Positions 19,127 to 29,644 of a stretch of 64,000 nucleotides of DNA are shown here, piece after piece. The stretch is taken from NCBI GenBank assembly GCA_964504535.1, contig CAZDED010000006.1:6409-70408 (forward strand). Direction: 5' to 3'. This DNA is from an uncultured Gammaproteobacteria bacterium (lineage in GTDB: Bacteria; Patescibacteriota; Microgenomatia; Levybacterales; GWA1-39-11). Within the stretch, counting starts at the first letter, position 1. Every line of letters begins with the position of its first letter. The notes under the pieces were generated by a model that ran no database searches, had not been told where the DNA came from, and saw only the letters and a list, made by a program, of their open reading frames with translations. The translations under genes and the position numbers were made by a program.

Positions 19127-20413
19127 ATGCCTTCCAGAACACGAACAGAAATAATCACATCAGTTATCGGGATTGGTAGAGTAGGATTCCCCCTTGCTTT
19201 AGTTCTTGCTGACGAAAAAAATTCAAAAGTTTTTGGAATTGGACGCGATGATGTTAAGATTTTAAAAATTAACTCCGGCAAAATGCCATTCATGGAAAAG
19301 GGGGCAGCACCACTTCTGAAAAAGCATGTTGGTAAGAATTTTTTTGCAACCACGGATTATTCATGCATCAACAAAAGCGATTTCATCATATTAACATTAG
19401 GTACTCCTGTTGATGAGAATATGAACCCGGTTTATTCACAAATAAATGAATCAATTATAAATTCTGTGCCATATTTCAAAGCAGGTCAAACGTTGATACT
19501 TCGAAGTACCGTGTCTCCGAGAACAACAAAGTATGTTCAGTCGCTTATTGAGGACAACACAAAATTAAAAATCGGAAAAGACTTTTTTGTTGCATTTTGT
19601 CCAGAAAGGATTTCAGAAGGCAATTCGATTGAAGAGATGAAATCCATACCGCAAATTATTGGAGCGGATGATAAAAAAAGCTTAAAAAAGGCCGACGGTT
19701 TTTTCAAAAGCATGAACATATCTACGATGTTAACTGACAGTGTATCTGCCGAATTGTCAAAATTATTTACAAACATGTATCGGTATATAAATTTCGCAGT
19801 AGCAAACGAATTTATGGTGTTGGCACATAATTACCACAGGGATATCTACGAAATAGTAAATCTTGTTAACTATAAATACAAAAGAGGTGGACTTACCATG
19901 CCTGGCCTTACTGCCGGACCATGTCTTTTTAAGGATGGTTTTTTCTTAATTTCAGATCTTCCTTATGCTGATCTTATTTCGACAAGTTGGAAAATAAATG
20001 AATCAATGCCGATGTTTTTGATAAGGCTGGTACGTGAGCGTATGAAACTGAAAAATAAAAAAGCAGTAATACTGGGATTGGCGTTCAAAGCAGAGATTGA
20101 TGACATCCGGGAATCACTGAGCTTCAAGGTTAGGCATGCGCTGCTTCGTGAAAGAGCAGAAGTAGTACTTCACGACCCGTATGTCAAGGAATATGAAAAG
20201 CAAAAGATAGAGAAGGATGTATATGAAGCGGTTAAAGATGCTGACATTTTATTCATCGCTACAAATCACAATGTATACAAAAAATTGGATATCAAAAAAA
20301 TTAAGAGTCTCGTTAAGAAAAATTGCATCGTCTGCGATGTGTGGAATGTGCTCGGAACAGGAAAGATTGTGTATCGAATTAATAACGTTAATGAGGAAAT
20401 AGCATTAACTTAA
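19127..20413 (+). CDS. UDP-glucose/GDP-mannose family nucleotide-sugar 6-dehydrogenase (WecC-like)
   Basis: GIGRVG, LRSTVSP, FCPERI, GPCLFKD, LGLAFK..IDDIRES, HDP. Confidence 0.92.
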   Translation: MPSRTRTEIITSVIGIGRVGFPLALVLADEKNSKVFGIGRDDVKILKINSGKMPFMEKGAAPLLKKHVGKNFFATTDYSCINKSDFIILTLGTPVDENMNPVYSQINESIINSVPYFKAGQTLILRSTVSPRTTKYVQSLIEDNTKLKIGKDFFVAFCPERISEGNSIEEMKSIPQIIGADDKKSLKKADGFFKSMNISTMLTDSVSAELSKLFTNMYRYINFAVANEFMVLAHNYHRDIYEIVNLVNYKYKRGGLTMPGLTAGPCLFKDGFFLISDLPYADLISTSWKINESMPMFLIRLVRERMKLKNKKAVILGLAFKAEIDDIRESLSFKVRHALLRERAEVVLHDPYVKEYEKQKIEKDVYEAVKDADILFIATNHNVYKKLDIKKIKSLVKKNCIVCDVWNVLGTGKIVYRINNVNEEIALT

Positions 20414-20414
20414 T

Positions 20415-21125
20415 TTACAGACCAAGGCCGATTTTTATGATGGTCTGAAGGAAAAGAAACCCATCTTTAATAGGCATAAGTTTTGTTGCTCCTGACATTC
20501 TTTTCTTGTAAGTAATCGGAATATTTTTTATTTTATATTTTTTCTGTGCTGCTTTAATAATTACTTCTGCCTCATACCCGTAATGATCTTCTTTCATGTC
20601 GATATCTTTCAGAACTTTCGTCTTAAACCCTTTAAAACCGGCAAGCATGTCAGTCACTCTTTGTCCGGCTGCAATAGAAGTTGCAATTGATAATAGATGA
20701 ATTCCAAATTGTCGGAACGGAGTTACAGAATCTTTTGAGACTTTTGCACCCTTCTCGTATCGTGTTGCCAATGCTACATCATAACCATTTTGTAAAGCAT
20801 CCATAAATTTTGGGATATCAAACGGCATAAATTGATAATCTGCATCTATTTGAATAACGTAATCCCCCTTAATAAATTTTGTTGCTTTCCGGAGAGCATA
20901 GCCTTTCCCTTTCCATTTGCCTGTTTGAATAACAGTAGCACCCGTTTTTTTTGCAACGGCAGCAGTGTTGTCGGTTGTCTTACTATCAAGTACTACCAGG
21001 ACTTGGAGATCATACAGTTTTTTAAGTTTGAAACATTCCGCGAGCGTTTTGCCAATAACTTTCTCTTCATTGAGAGCGGCCATCGTGATGGTTACATGAG
21101 GTTTTTTATGTACGATTTTTTTCAT
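20415..21125 (-). CDS. GT2, polyprenyl-phosphate glycosyltransferase (DPM1-like)
   Basis: AALNEE, GKGYAL, IDADYQ, TDMLAGFKGF, YEAE; ATG 21125 lies 7 nt from TGtTATAAT. Confidence 0.87.
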   Translation of the reverse strand: MKKIVHKKPHVTITMAALNEEKVIGKTLAECFKLKKLYDLQVLVVLDSKTTDNTAAVAKKTGATVIQTGKWKGKGYALRKATKFIKGDYVIQIDADYQFMPFDIPKFMDALQNGYDVALATRYEKGAKVSKDSVTPFRQFGIHLLSIATSIAAGQRVTDMLAGFKGFKTKVLKDIDMKEDHYGYEAEVIIKAAQKKYKIKNIPITYKKRMSGATKLMPIKDGFLFLQTIIKIGLGL

Positions 21126-21200
21126 TGTTGGTATTATAACAAAAAAATTCAAAAGAAGAACACGCTTGAAAAAATCCATATGATAGAATATAACACTCCT

Positions 21201-22211
21201 ATGGTAGCATCAAAAAACAATCTAATACAAAGAAAGAAAATCTTTTTAACTGGTGGAACAGGCTCTTTTGGAAAGATGTTAGTAAGAGAACTTCTCAAAT
21301 TTAATCCATCTGAAATAATAGTATTTAGTAGAGACGAAGTAAAGCAGGGGCTGATGCGTCTTGAATACAAAAATGAAAAAAAAATTAGATTTATTCTTGG
21401 CGATGTTAGGGATTACCGAAGTGTAAGAGAGGCTATACGAGGTGTTGATATCATAATTCATGCTGCAGCATTAAAATGGATTACTGAGGTTGAGTATAAT
21501 GTTTGGGAGGGAGTCAAAACAAATGTTTTGGGTGCTCAAAATATTATAGAAGCCGCAAAAGATGAAAATGTTGCAAAAGTTGTGGCATTGTCTACCGATA
21601 AAGCTGTCGAGCCTATTAATGCATATGGGATGTCAAAAGCACTACAAGAACGGTTAATGACTACGGCAAATTTATATGAAACTAATTCAAAAACAATATT
21701 TGTATCGACGAGATACGGAAACGTATTAGGTTCAAGAGGATCTGTCGTTCCATTGTTTCGGTCACTTATTGACAATTCAAAGCCTCTCACAATCACAGAT
21801 CCACGTATGACCAGATTTATGATAACGCTTAAAGAAAGTGTTGACCTCGTTTTAACTGCACTAAAAGAGGGTGTTGGCGGGGAAGTATTCGTAAGAAAAA
21901 TGCCTGCACACACCATTTCTGATCTGGCGGATATCATGATGGATGGCAATAATAAAAAAAATAAAATTGTTACTATTGGGGTTAGACCAGGAGAGAAAAT
22001 TCACGAAACTCTTGTTAGCGTCTCGGAATCTGTCAGAACTGTTGAGACCGGCAATTATTATGTAATCCTGCCACAAATAGAAATCGATTCCGTTAAGAAG
22101 AAATATAAGAAAATGAAGAGATTAAAACCATTTCATTATTCTTCTGACACAACTGTTCAGCTGTCAAAAAAAGAGCTTACAAAAATGCTCAGAAGTGAAG
22201 GTTGGATCTAA
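21201..22211 (+). CDS. UDP-GlcNAc 4,6-dehydratase (PseB/CapE/FnlA-like)
   Basis: TGGTGSFG, FSRDE, HAAALK, LSTDKAVEPINAYGMSK, RYGNVLGSRGSV, TDPRMTRF, GVRPGEKIHE. Confidence 0.92.
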   Translation: MVASKNNLIQRKKIFLTGGTGSFGKMLVRELLKFNPSEIIVFSRDEVKQGLMRLEYKNEKKIRFILGDVRDYRSVREAIRGVDIIIHAAALKWITEVEYNVWEGVKTNVLGAQNIIEAAKDENVAKVVALSTDKAVEPINAYGMSKALQERLMTTANLYETNSKTIFVSTRYGNVLGSRGSVVPLFRSLIDNSKPLTITDPRMTRFMITLKESVDLVLTALKEGVGGEVFVRKMPAHTISDLADIMMDGNNKKNKIVTIGVRPGEKIHETLVSVSESVRTVETGNYYVILPQIEIDSVKKKYKKMKRLKPFHYSSDTTVQLSKKELTKMLRSEGWI

Positions 22212-22213
22212 AA

Positions 22214-23104
22214 ATGTTTTATCATAAAAACATCGCGGTTACAGGTGCATCAGGCTTTTTAGGTAGAGTAGTTCTGAGAAAATTAATTCAAAAAGGCTAT
22301 CGGGTAACAGTCCTCGACTCAAGTGGCTCAACGTATCCCGAAGGGGTTCAGGTTGTGTCAGGGAATCTTTTTAAAAAAACAGATTATAGCAAGCTAACTG
22401 CCAACTCCACAGTTCTTATTCATTTAGCGGGACAAATTGAGCAAGGCAAGACAACTATGCTGCAGGGCAACACAGATACTACAAGAAATCTTTTGCGTAG
22501 CCTTTCAAAAAGTCCAATCAAAAAAATAATTTTTGCGTCCTCTGTTGCAGTTTATGGTAGCTCTCAAACAAAAATATTTGATGAGAGTGCTACCTGTAAG
22601 CCTGACACAGAGTATGGGAAAAGTAAATTAAGAGCAGAAAAATTGATAGTGAATTGGAGTAGCAGAAATGATAAAAAATATGCAATCTTAAGATTCTTCA
22701 GTCTGTACGGATATGAGAATAGAAAAGGGTTTGTCTATAAACTTTTTATGCATTTATTTGATTCGTCAGAGGTTCTTATCACAGGAGACGGCAAACAGGA
22801 GCGCGATCTAGTTTGGGTTGAAGATGCCGCTGACGCTATAATTCTGGCTCTCAAAAGGAATGTTTCGGGAGTTTACAATATTGGAACAGGAAAGAATTAT
22901 AGTTTGCTCAGGATCATTGATCTCATGGAAAAAATTGCAAACAAGAAATGCCATATAAAATTCGTTATGGGTGACAAGGAAAAGGTGGCGAATATATACT
23001 ATCGCTCTGAGAAAATTCGTAAAGCCGGATGGCGCCCCAAAATACTTCCCGAGAAGGGATTGATTTTGCTCTTCAACGAGGTATTCAAACCGATGTCTTC
23101 CTAA
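22214..23104 (+). CDS. NAD-dependent epimerase/reductase (extended SDR)
   Basis: TGASGFLG, ASSVAVYG, YGKSK, GDGKQERD. Confidence 0.88.
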   Translation: MFYHKNIAVTGASGFLGRVVLRKLIQKGYRVTVLDSSGSTYPEGVQVVSGNLFKKTDYSKLTANSTVLIHLAGQIEQGKTTMLQGNTDTTRNLLRSLSKSPIKKIIFASSVAVYGSSQTKIFDESATCKPDTEYGKSKLRAEKLIVNWSSRNDKKYAILRFFSLYGYENRKGFVYKLFMHLFDSSEVLITGDGKQERDLVWVEDAADAIILALKRNVSGVYNIGTGKNYSLLRIIDLMEKIANKKCHIKFVMGDKEKVANIYYRSEKIRKAGWRPKILPEKGLILLFNEVFKPMSS

Positions 23105-24401
23105 ATACTTTTGCTACTACTAATGCTATTGTAAATACCGCTAAAGGTGCTAAGTGTAACAAGAGTTTGTTTGAAATAGCATCGATTTGCGACACTGGAC
23201 TTCGAGGAAGTATTAGAAAAATACAAACATAAAAGAATATTTGAAAAAATAAGAACAAGGGGATTAAAATACGCGATTTCAATTGCTTTATATATATAAA
23301 AACGCAAAAGAAGAATACGATCCACATGAGATTCCAATTCTGGATGTTTCCAAACTCCTTAAAAAAATGCAAAATGATTACTGGTAGTCTTTCGATATGA
23401 AGTTCAATCCCATTTCTGAATAAAAAGTTTGGGTGAAGGCTGTTAATTTTCTTGAACAATTCCCATGTAAATATGATTGATGGCAGTGGGGCAAGCAGAA
23501 GAAATCTGCTATATTTTTTCTCTTTTAGTATTTTATATATTACAACGCATGTTGAAAGCAGAATAAAAGGCATAGTATCATTTTTGATTTGACTTGCGAT
23601 TCCGAGGAGCAAAGCAAGAAGAAAAAGAATTCTGTTTGAATTAAGCTTGAGGAAGTCAAGTAGGACAACTGCTCCTGAAAAAATATAAAAACCAACCATC
23701 AAATCTGCCTGACCTGCCTCGTATCTTCCTCCATGTCGTATCAAATTCTGCGATCCGAGCAAAAGTAGTGTAAAAAGTAGTGCAATCCTCCTGCCGGTAA
23801 AATCTCTGATCGAGCTATAGAAAAGTATTCCAAGTGCTACATAGAAAACATAATAAAAAAGTAGTATTGCCGTATCGTCAATTTCGCCGATTGTAATATA
23901 CCCAATGGAGGTGGCTAGGGGAACTATTAATGGATAAGAGTCTGTCGTGTAAGCAAAATAATAGTTATCAATTCCTCCGTTTAGATAAAAAACATTTGCT
24001 CTAAAAACCCAGTTGTCCCACCCATCCCAAGCTTGTATCGGCCTCATAACTGATTCTATTCCTACAAAAAGCACGAGGGCTACAAGAAGAAACATAAGCG
24101 CTTTCTCAGCTCTTCCTATAAACTCTAATTTAAAGTATGAAGTGTAGCTATATAATCTATTTTTCAGGAAAAAATAACATATAAATATAACCCATGGGGT
24201 AAGAATGATGCCGTAGTTCCATTTTGTTCCAATCACAGACAAAATAAACATTTCGATGCCTATAAAACCAAATCCAAGCGCGTACGAAAGTGCAATTTTC
24301 TTTAAAAATGAGTACGATTTATGAAATAGCCAGGTCTTACCAGTGGTGTAGCCGATTAAAAAAATCATCACAATATCAAATATAACAATCAAAATATTCA
24401 T
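23085..24401 (-). CDS. Polytopic membrane protein, probable GT-C glycosyltransferase
   Basis: AWDGWDNW, SYPLIVP, GQADL, IKND, many TMs. Confidence 0.6.
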   Translation of the reverse strand: MNILIVIFDIVMIFLIGYTTGKTWLFHKSYSFLKKIALSYALGFGFIGIEMFILSVIGTKWNYGIILTPWVIFICYFFLKNRLYSYTSYFKLEFIGRAEKALMFLLVALVLFVGIESVMRPIQAWDGWDNWVFRANVFYLNGGIDNYYFAYTTDSYPLIVPLATSIGYITIGEIDDTAILLFYYVFYVALGILFYSSIRDFTGRRIALLFTLLLLGSQNLIRHGGRYEAGQADLMVGFYIFSGAVVLLDFLKLNSNRILFLLALLLGIASQIKNDTMPFILLSTCVVIYKILKEKKYSRFLLLAPLPSIIFTWELFKKINSLHPNFLFRNGIELHIERLPVIILHFFKEFGNIQNWNLMWIVFFFCVFIYIKQLKSRILIPLFLFFQIFFYVCIFLILPRSPVSQIDAISNKLLLHLAPLAVFTIALVVAKVFRKTSV

Positions 24402-24865
24402 TTTTTATAGATAATACCTTTTGTTGAGCCTTTTACTTTAAATTCTTTCAGTTTTGTATAAGTTATCCCATTAACAACTTTCTTTTCTTCGTATAAAGAA
24501 TTGGTGGTTGGGTAGAAAATTGCATAGGAATAGGTTCTGTTGATGTCGTTTCCCCACTCGGTAAATTGTCTTTCACCCCATATGACAGTTGTGGGGTACA
24601 AGAAATACCTGGCCAAATAGTAAGCCATGCCATCATTAGTAAACAGTATAATATTTGATTTATCTTTGATGTTTTCCTTAACAAACATGAAAAAAACATA
24701 TCTTTCCCCAAACTGTTTTTCTTTTTTTTGTTCGTCACTCAGAAATATCCAACGAGTCTCTTCTGTGTAAAGTTTTGAAAAATTAAAAGCTATTCGAAAA
24801 AAAGTCAAGACAATCCAAAGCCCTATTAAAATTAACAAAACAAATTTAAAATTTCTTTTCCCCAT
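24398..24865 (-). CDS. Single-TM membrane protein of unknown function, coupled to the downstream GT-C
   Basis: N-terminal TM, RYFLYP motif, ATGA overlap with next gene. Confidence 0.6.
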   Translation of the reverse strand: MGKRNFKFVLLILIGLWIVLTFFRIAFNFSKLYTEETRWIFLSDEQKKEKQFGERYVFFMFVKENIKDKSNIILFTNDGMAYYLARYFLYPTTVIWGERQFTEWGNDINRTYSYAIFYPTTNSLYEEKKVVNGITYTKLKEFKVKGSTKGIIYKK

Positions 24866-24899
24866 AAACTAAATAGTGTTTGTATGATATTATACAAAA

Positions 24900-25592
24900 A
24901 TGGCAAAAGATACCATTTCGGTGATAGTTCCTGCATATAATGAAGAAAAAAACATAGCGTCTGTAATAAAAGAATTATCAAAGCTTCGGCATGACTACAA
25001 AGTCGAAATTATTGTTATCGACGACGCCTCAAAAGACGGAACTGCAGAGATTGCAAAGAATGAGGGTGCGGATAAAGTAATTTCTCATAAAAAAAATAAA
25101 GGAAAAGGTGGAGCCTTCAAAACCGGACTTTCTCATGCTACAAAAGAATTTATCGTACAATTTGATGCTGATGGTCAACTGAAAGCATCAGATATCCCAA
25201 AATTGATCAATGCATTAAAAGGTGGTGCGGATATTGTTCTTGGAGCCCGGTATAGTCTGAAAAATATTTTTAAATCATCAAAAGGGGTGCAAACAAACCT
25301 CTTTGGAAATATTTTTGTTTCATTTATTGCAACTATTTTTTCAGGAAAATATATTATTGATGTAATGACGGGGCTTAAAGCATTCAAAAAAAGTACAATC
25401 AAAAAAATTATTCCGCACGCAAATGATTTTGCATATGAGGCGGAAGTAGTAGTAAGGGCCTCACAGAACGATTTGAAAATTAGCACTGTTCCAATTTCGT
25501 GTCGTCAAAGAAAAAGTGGTAAGTCTTATCTGAGCCCCTATAAGCATGGGTTTTCTGTTATTAGAACAATAATAATGACAGCTACTTCTTAA
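24900..25592 (+). CDS. GT2, polyprenyl-phosphate glycosyltransferase (DPM1-like)
   Basis: VPAYNEE, DDASKDGT, NKGKG, FDADGQ, DVMTGLKAF, YEAE. Confidence 0.9.
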   Translation: MAKDTISVIVPAYNEEKNIASVIKELSKLRHDYKVEIIVIDDASKDGTAEIAKNEGADKVISHKKNKGKGGAFKTGLSHATKEFIVQFDADGQLKASDIPKLINALKGGADIVLGARYSLKNIFKSSKGVQTNLFGNIFVSFIATIFSGKYIIDVMTGLKAFKKSTIKKIIPHANDFAYEAEVVVRASQNDLKISTVPISCRQRKSGKSYLSPYKHGFSVIRTIIMTATS

Positions 25593-25613
25593 AAAATAGG
25601 TTAAAATACTAGT

Positions 25614-26312
25614 ATGAGTAAATACGCAGGAGTTCAAACATTGGAAGTTCTTGAAGGTGCTGAGAATTATAATAAATGGATTGCCTCAAGGTTGAAACCC
25701 TTCTTAAAAAGTCCTTCATTGGAAATTGGTGCAGGCACCGGAAATATTTCCGAATATATGACAGGCTTTAAAGAGCTGGTTCTCACAGACATTGATAGCA
25801 TATTAGTTGATTCGTTAGCGAAAAAATTCAAAAAAAATAAAAAAATAAAAGTTGAATTGTTTAATGCAGCATCAAATCTGGGTAAAATCAGTAATAAATT
25901 TAAATCTATTTATGGTGTTAACGTCCTGGAACATATTGAGAATGATCAAAAGGCATTAAAAAACTTACATAGATTACTTGAGAGTTCAGGCAAACTTGTT
26001 CTACTTGTCCCTGCGAAGAGGATAGCATATAACGAGCTAGATAGGAGTCTTGGACATTATAGACGCTATGAGAAAGATGAGTTAAGAGAGAAATTGATGA
26101 GCGCCGGCTTTCATGTTGATGAATTAGAATTTTTTAATATGGTAGGTTTATTGAGTTGGATCGTAAGAAATTATATTAGTAAAAATCATGGCAAACTTGA
26201 AAAATCTCAGGTAAAATCTTTTAATTGGGTAGTACCGGTGTTAAAAGCTATTGAGCCCAAGAAGGGACTGCCCTTTGGGATTTCTCTTATAGCTGTCGCT
26301 TCAAAGAAGTAA
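25614..26312 (+). CDS. Class I SAM-dependent methyltransferase
   Basis: LEIGAGTG, NVLEHIEND, LVPA, DRSLGHYRRY. Confidence 0.88.
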   Translation: MSKYAGVQTLEVLEGAENYNKWIASRLKPFLKSPSLEIGAGTGNISEYMTGFKELVLTDIDSILVDSLAKKFKKNKKIKVELFNAASNLGKISNKFKSIYGVNVLEHIENDQKALKNLHRLLESSGKLVLLVPAKRIAYNELDRSLGHYRRYEKDELREKLMSAGFHVDELEFFNMVGLLSWIVRNYISKNHGKLEKSQVKSFNWVVPVLKAIEPKKGLPFGISLIAVASKK

Positions 26313-28138
26313 TGGAAAAATTGCATCTTATTTTAGAATCAGTAACTGATTTACAAAAAGATTTTATTGGTGTATTCTTCGACCCCGAATTCTTTCTAAA
26401 GCAAACAGTTTTTTTCCTATATGTTTTACTCTTGTTTTATGTAATGTATGGTTCCGGAAGAGTCTTGGTGCGTCTTTTTTTTGATAAATCATACGACAGC
26501 CGATTAACCCATTTCATTAATTTTGCATTGGGATACTCTCTTTTAAGCAATCTCATGTTCATTTTGGGTCTTTTCGGGATTCTAACCGAATTAAACATTC
26601 TTATAGTTCTGCTTTTTTTAACAGCAATCTCAATATGGACTTTCATAAAATGGCCTATTAGGTTTTATCTTCAGATTCCAAAAAAAAATAATTGGTTAAA
26701 AATTCTCTGTCTGGTTTTTATTTCAATTGCTTTATTAAGACTAATTCCACCGCAAACAGCAGGAGATCCTCTTGATTATCATCTCCGATTTCCAAGAATC
26801 TACATAGCTGAGCACACTATTATGATTCCAGCCCTTGGAGACGAGAGTTATACCACTGTTCCTCATCTTCCTGAGCTTTTGTACATACTAACGCAATTTG
26901 TTAGCAATGGGCTTATGACACATGTAGTTCACTTTGGATTCTTTGTGCTAGTATTTTTTCTTCTTTATAAAGTCAATTTTATGAACAAAAATGATACAAG
27001 AGGAAGCACATTGTCAGCGCTTATGTTTGCTAGTGCCCCCCTAATGCTCCAACTTGGTACCCAAGCATTCAGTGATTTTCCAGCGCTGTATTGTTTTCTG
27101 TTATCTGTGGGAATTCTGTTGACATCAAAACTTCAGAAAAAAAACATAGTGCTAAGTGGAATATTGTTGGGGGTTTCCTTAGCTAGCAAAATATGGATTT
27201 TATTTTATTACCCGTTTGCGATATTGTTTCTTATATTATTACTAAGGAAAGAGACTTTTAGAAAAATCCTAAAAAAAACAGCTCTTTTTGTATTTAGTTC
27301 TCTTGCCATTGTTCTCCCTTGGTATATAAGAGCAATAGTGTTGGTGGGGGACCCGTTTTATGTGAATACGTCTCAAGGACAAGTTGCACAAACCTATTCA
27401 CACACAGCAATGTTTTTGAGGAATTTTACATGGGCAGGATTTAGTGAAAAATTTAACTTTACTATCGAATATGGCCTTTTTATAGTAATCGGTCTCTTTT
27501 CACTATTTCTCATGAAGAAAAAAGATATTTTTAAATATAAAAAATTCTTACTGTTGTTGATTTTGCTGATCGTGCCAGTAATATTTTTCCCCCTCGGGCT
27601 TGGAAGAGGAAGGTATTCTTTGCCCTACATGCTTTTAGCATACCAATTGGCTGCCGTTGGATTGGTCTTTGTTATGAGGAACTTCTTAATAAAACTTCTT
27701 GTGCTGTTGCTTTTTTTCGTTCTTTCTTTATATTACCTCTTCAATACATTTGTAATACTCCCGTATGGATTGGGGTGGGCTAACAGTGACAATTTTTTGC
27801 GCAAAAACCTCGCCAAGGATTATGCATCATATTATGATTTTAACGGGCAATTTACCAGAAATATTGATAAGAATGAGACGGTAACCAACTACGGTGTTTA
27901 TGAGTTGTACTATGCTGATTTTAAATACAAAAATGTCTTTTATTTTATTAATCAGGATACACATGTATTCAAACTGCCTGAAAACATTCACAAATTATTA
28001 ATAAGAGGGGGAGATTTCTCATGGCTTTGCAATTCTCTCAAAATAAAAAACTGTTCTGAATATTCTGTACGCTTAATAACAAGCGACTTGCGTACAAAGC
28101 AATATCTATATAACATAAAATATGACCCCAACAACTAA
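26312..28138 (+). CDS. Polytopic GT-C-like membrane glycosyltransferase
   Basis: GDPLDYHLRFP, PHLPE, AFSD, LPWY..GDPFY; paralogue of 29645..31201. Confidence 0.65.
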   Translation: MEKLHLILESVTDLQKDFIGVFFDPEFFLKQTVFFLYVLLLFYVMYGSGRVLVRLFFDKSYDSRLTHFINFALGYSLLSNLMFILGLFGILTELNILIVLLFLTAISIWTFIKWPIRFYLQIPKKNNWLKILCLVFISIALLRLIPPQTAGDPLDYHLRFPRIYIAEHTIMIPALGDESYTTVPHLPELLYILTQFVSNGLMTHVVHFGFFVLVFFLLYKVNFMNKNDTRGSTLSALMFASAPLMLQLGTQAFSDFPALYCFLLSVGILLTSKLQKKNIVLSGILLGVSLASKIWILFYYPFAILFLILLLRKETFRKILKKTALFVFSSLAIVLPWYIRAIVLVGDPFYVNTSQGQVAQTYSHTAMFLRNFTWAGFSEKFNFTIEYGLFIVIGLFSLFLMKKKDIFKYKKFLLLLILLIVPVIFFPLGLGRGRYSLPYMLLAYQLAAVGLVFVMRNFLIKLLVLLLFFVLSLYYLFNTFVILPYGLGWANSDNFLRKNLAKDYASYYDFNGQFTRNIDKNETVTNYGVYELYYADFKYKNVFYFINQDTHVFKLPENIHKLLIRGGDFSWLCNSLKIKNCSEYSVRLITSDLRTKQYLYNIKYDPNN

Positions 28139-28889
28139 CTTAAGTATTGTTGTTCTGACACATAACGACGAAGAACATTTAGTCGATTGTTTGGAATTAT
28201 TAAATTTTGGGGATGAACTAATCGTCATAGATGATGAGTCAACTGACCGAACTATTGATATAGCCAGAAATTATACAAAAAATGTTTTTATTCGTCCCCT
28301 AAACAACAATTTTTCCAATCAGCGCAATTTTGCGCTTAATAATACGCATGGGAACTGGGTATTGTTCATAGATTCAGATGAGTTTGTAACCGAGAAACTG
28401 AAAGATGAAATTTTATCAAAGACTAAAGGAAGGGAAGGATCGGGTTTTTACTTAAAAAGAATTGATTTTATGTGGGGCAAAAAAATCCTTCATGGCGAGG
28501 TGGGGGAAGTACGATTGCTGCGACTGGCAAAAAGAGATTCCGGAAAATGGCACGGAAAAGTTCATGAGGAATGGAAAGTTACTGGAGCAACAGATACCTT
28601 GATAAACCCATTAATACATGCACCTCATCAGTCGGTTAGAGAATTTATAAAAGAAGTTGATTTATACTCGACCCTCAGGGCAGTTGAATTGAGTGAAGCA
28701 AATAGTAACTCAAACTTTTTTTTGATTTTTATGTATCCCTTTGGAAAATTTGTAAAAAACTATTTTTTCAAACAGGGCTATAAAGATGGGATAGCTGGAT
28801 TTATATATGCAATGATCATGAGCTTCCACTCTTTTCTAGTTCGTGGAAAGTTATATCTTGGAAAAACGGATACGGAGAAGATCTCTTAA
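28122..28889 (+). CDS. GT2, beta-1,4-glucosyltransferase-like (WaaE/KdtX type)
   Basis: VLTHNDE, DDESTDRT, QRNFAL, IDSDE, GKVHE, GYKDG. Confidence 0.88.
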   Translation: MTPTTNLSIVVLTHNDEEHLVDCLELLNFGDELIVIDDESTDRTIDIARNYTKNVFIRPLNNNFSNQRNFALNNTHGNWVLFIDSDEFVTEKLKDEILSKTKGREGSGFYLKRIDFMWGKKILHGEVGEVRLLRLAKRDSGKWHGKVHEEWKVTGATDTLINPLIHAPHQSVREFIKEVDLYSTLRAVELSEANSNSNFFLIFMYPFGKFVKNYFFKQGYKDGIAGFIYAMIMSFHSFLVRGKLYLGKTDTEKIS

Positions 28890-29558
28890 TGAAATATACA
28901 TTTCATGCATATCCACTTTCGAACCTCCTATTCTCCTGTTAACAAATTTTGTAGAGTTTTCTTTTAACATAAACCCTTTTTTATACAACAAATAAGTGGT
29001 CTCAACGATTGTTGCAAATCCGGTACTCTTGTATTTATGTTTTATAAGTAGCTCCACAGCATTTCTCGGATATGCTCTGAATCCATTTGTATAGTCGTGA
29101 ATTGGTAAACCAAAAAGTAACGATTCGAAACCATTAACAAGTTTACTTAATATTTTTCTTTCTGTAGAAGTGCCAAATACTTTGCTTCTTGGTATATATC
29201 GTGATGCTGATGCAACTGAATTCTTGTCAACAAGACTTATTAACTTTGTCAGTTCTTTTGGGTCATGGGACTGGTCTGCGTCCATTTCAACAAAGACTGT
29301 GACTTTTTTATTTTTAAAAGCCTCCTTAAAACCGAAAGTAACTGCAGTTCCTCTCCCTAGCTTTTTTTTGCGTTTCAAATGGACAATCGGATATTTTATC
29401 TGAAGATTTCTTATAACTTCATCAGTATTGTCTTGAGAGTTGTCATCGACAACATAGACTACAATAGAATTTGCATAGTTGTAAATTGAAGGTATAAGAA
29501 TTTTAAGATTCTCTGCTTCATTATATGCTGGAATAATAACTGCTGTTATAATAACCAT
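28851..29558 (-). CDS. Polyprenol monophosphomannose synthase-like GT2 (DPM1/Ppm1)
   Basis: IPAYNEAENL, VDDNSQD, MDADQSHDP, ASRY, DYTNGFRAY, RRIGGSK. Confidence 0.9.
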   Translation of the reverse strand: MVIITAVIIPAYNEAENLKILIPSIYNYANSIVVYVVDDNSQDNTDEVIRNLQIKYPIVHLKRKKKLGRGTAVTFGFKEAFKNKKVTVFVEMDADQSHDPKELTKLISLVDKNSVASASRYIPRSKVFGTSTERKILSKLVNGFESLLFGLPIHDYTNGFRAYPRNAVELLIKHKYKSTGFATIVETTYLLYKKGFMLKENSTKFVNRRIGGSKVDMHEMYISLRDLLRIRFSKI

Positions 29559-29644
29559 ATGAAAAAAATTACATTACTCTTTCTTCTATGGACAATTATA
29601 ATAGTAATTTTGTATTATTACCACTTGATCTGTAGAAAGGGTGT

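Noticed and set aside
20832-21200. 123-aa N-terminal extension of the dehydratase in the ORF track
   Set aside because: It runs antisense through the neighbouring GT2; family similarity starts after ATG 21201.
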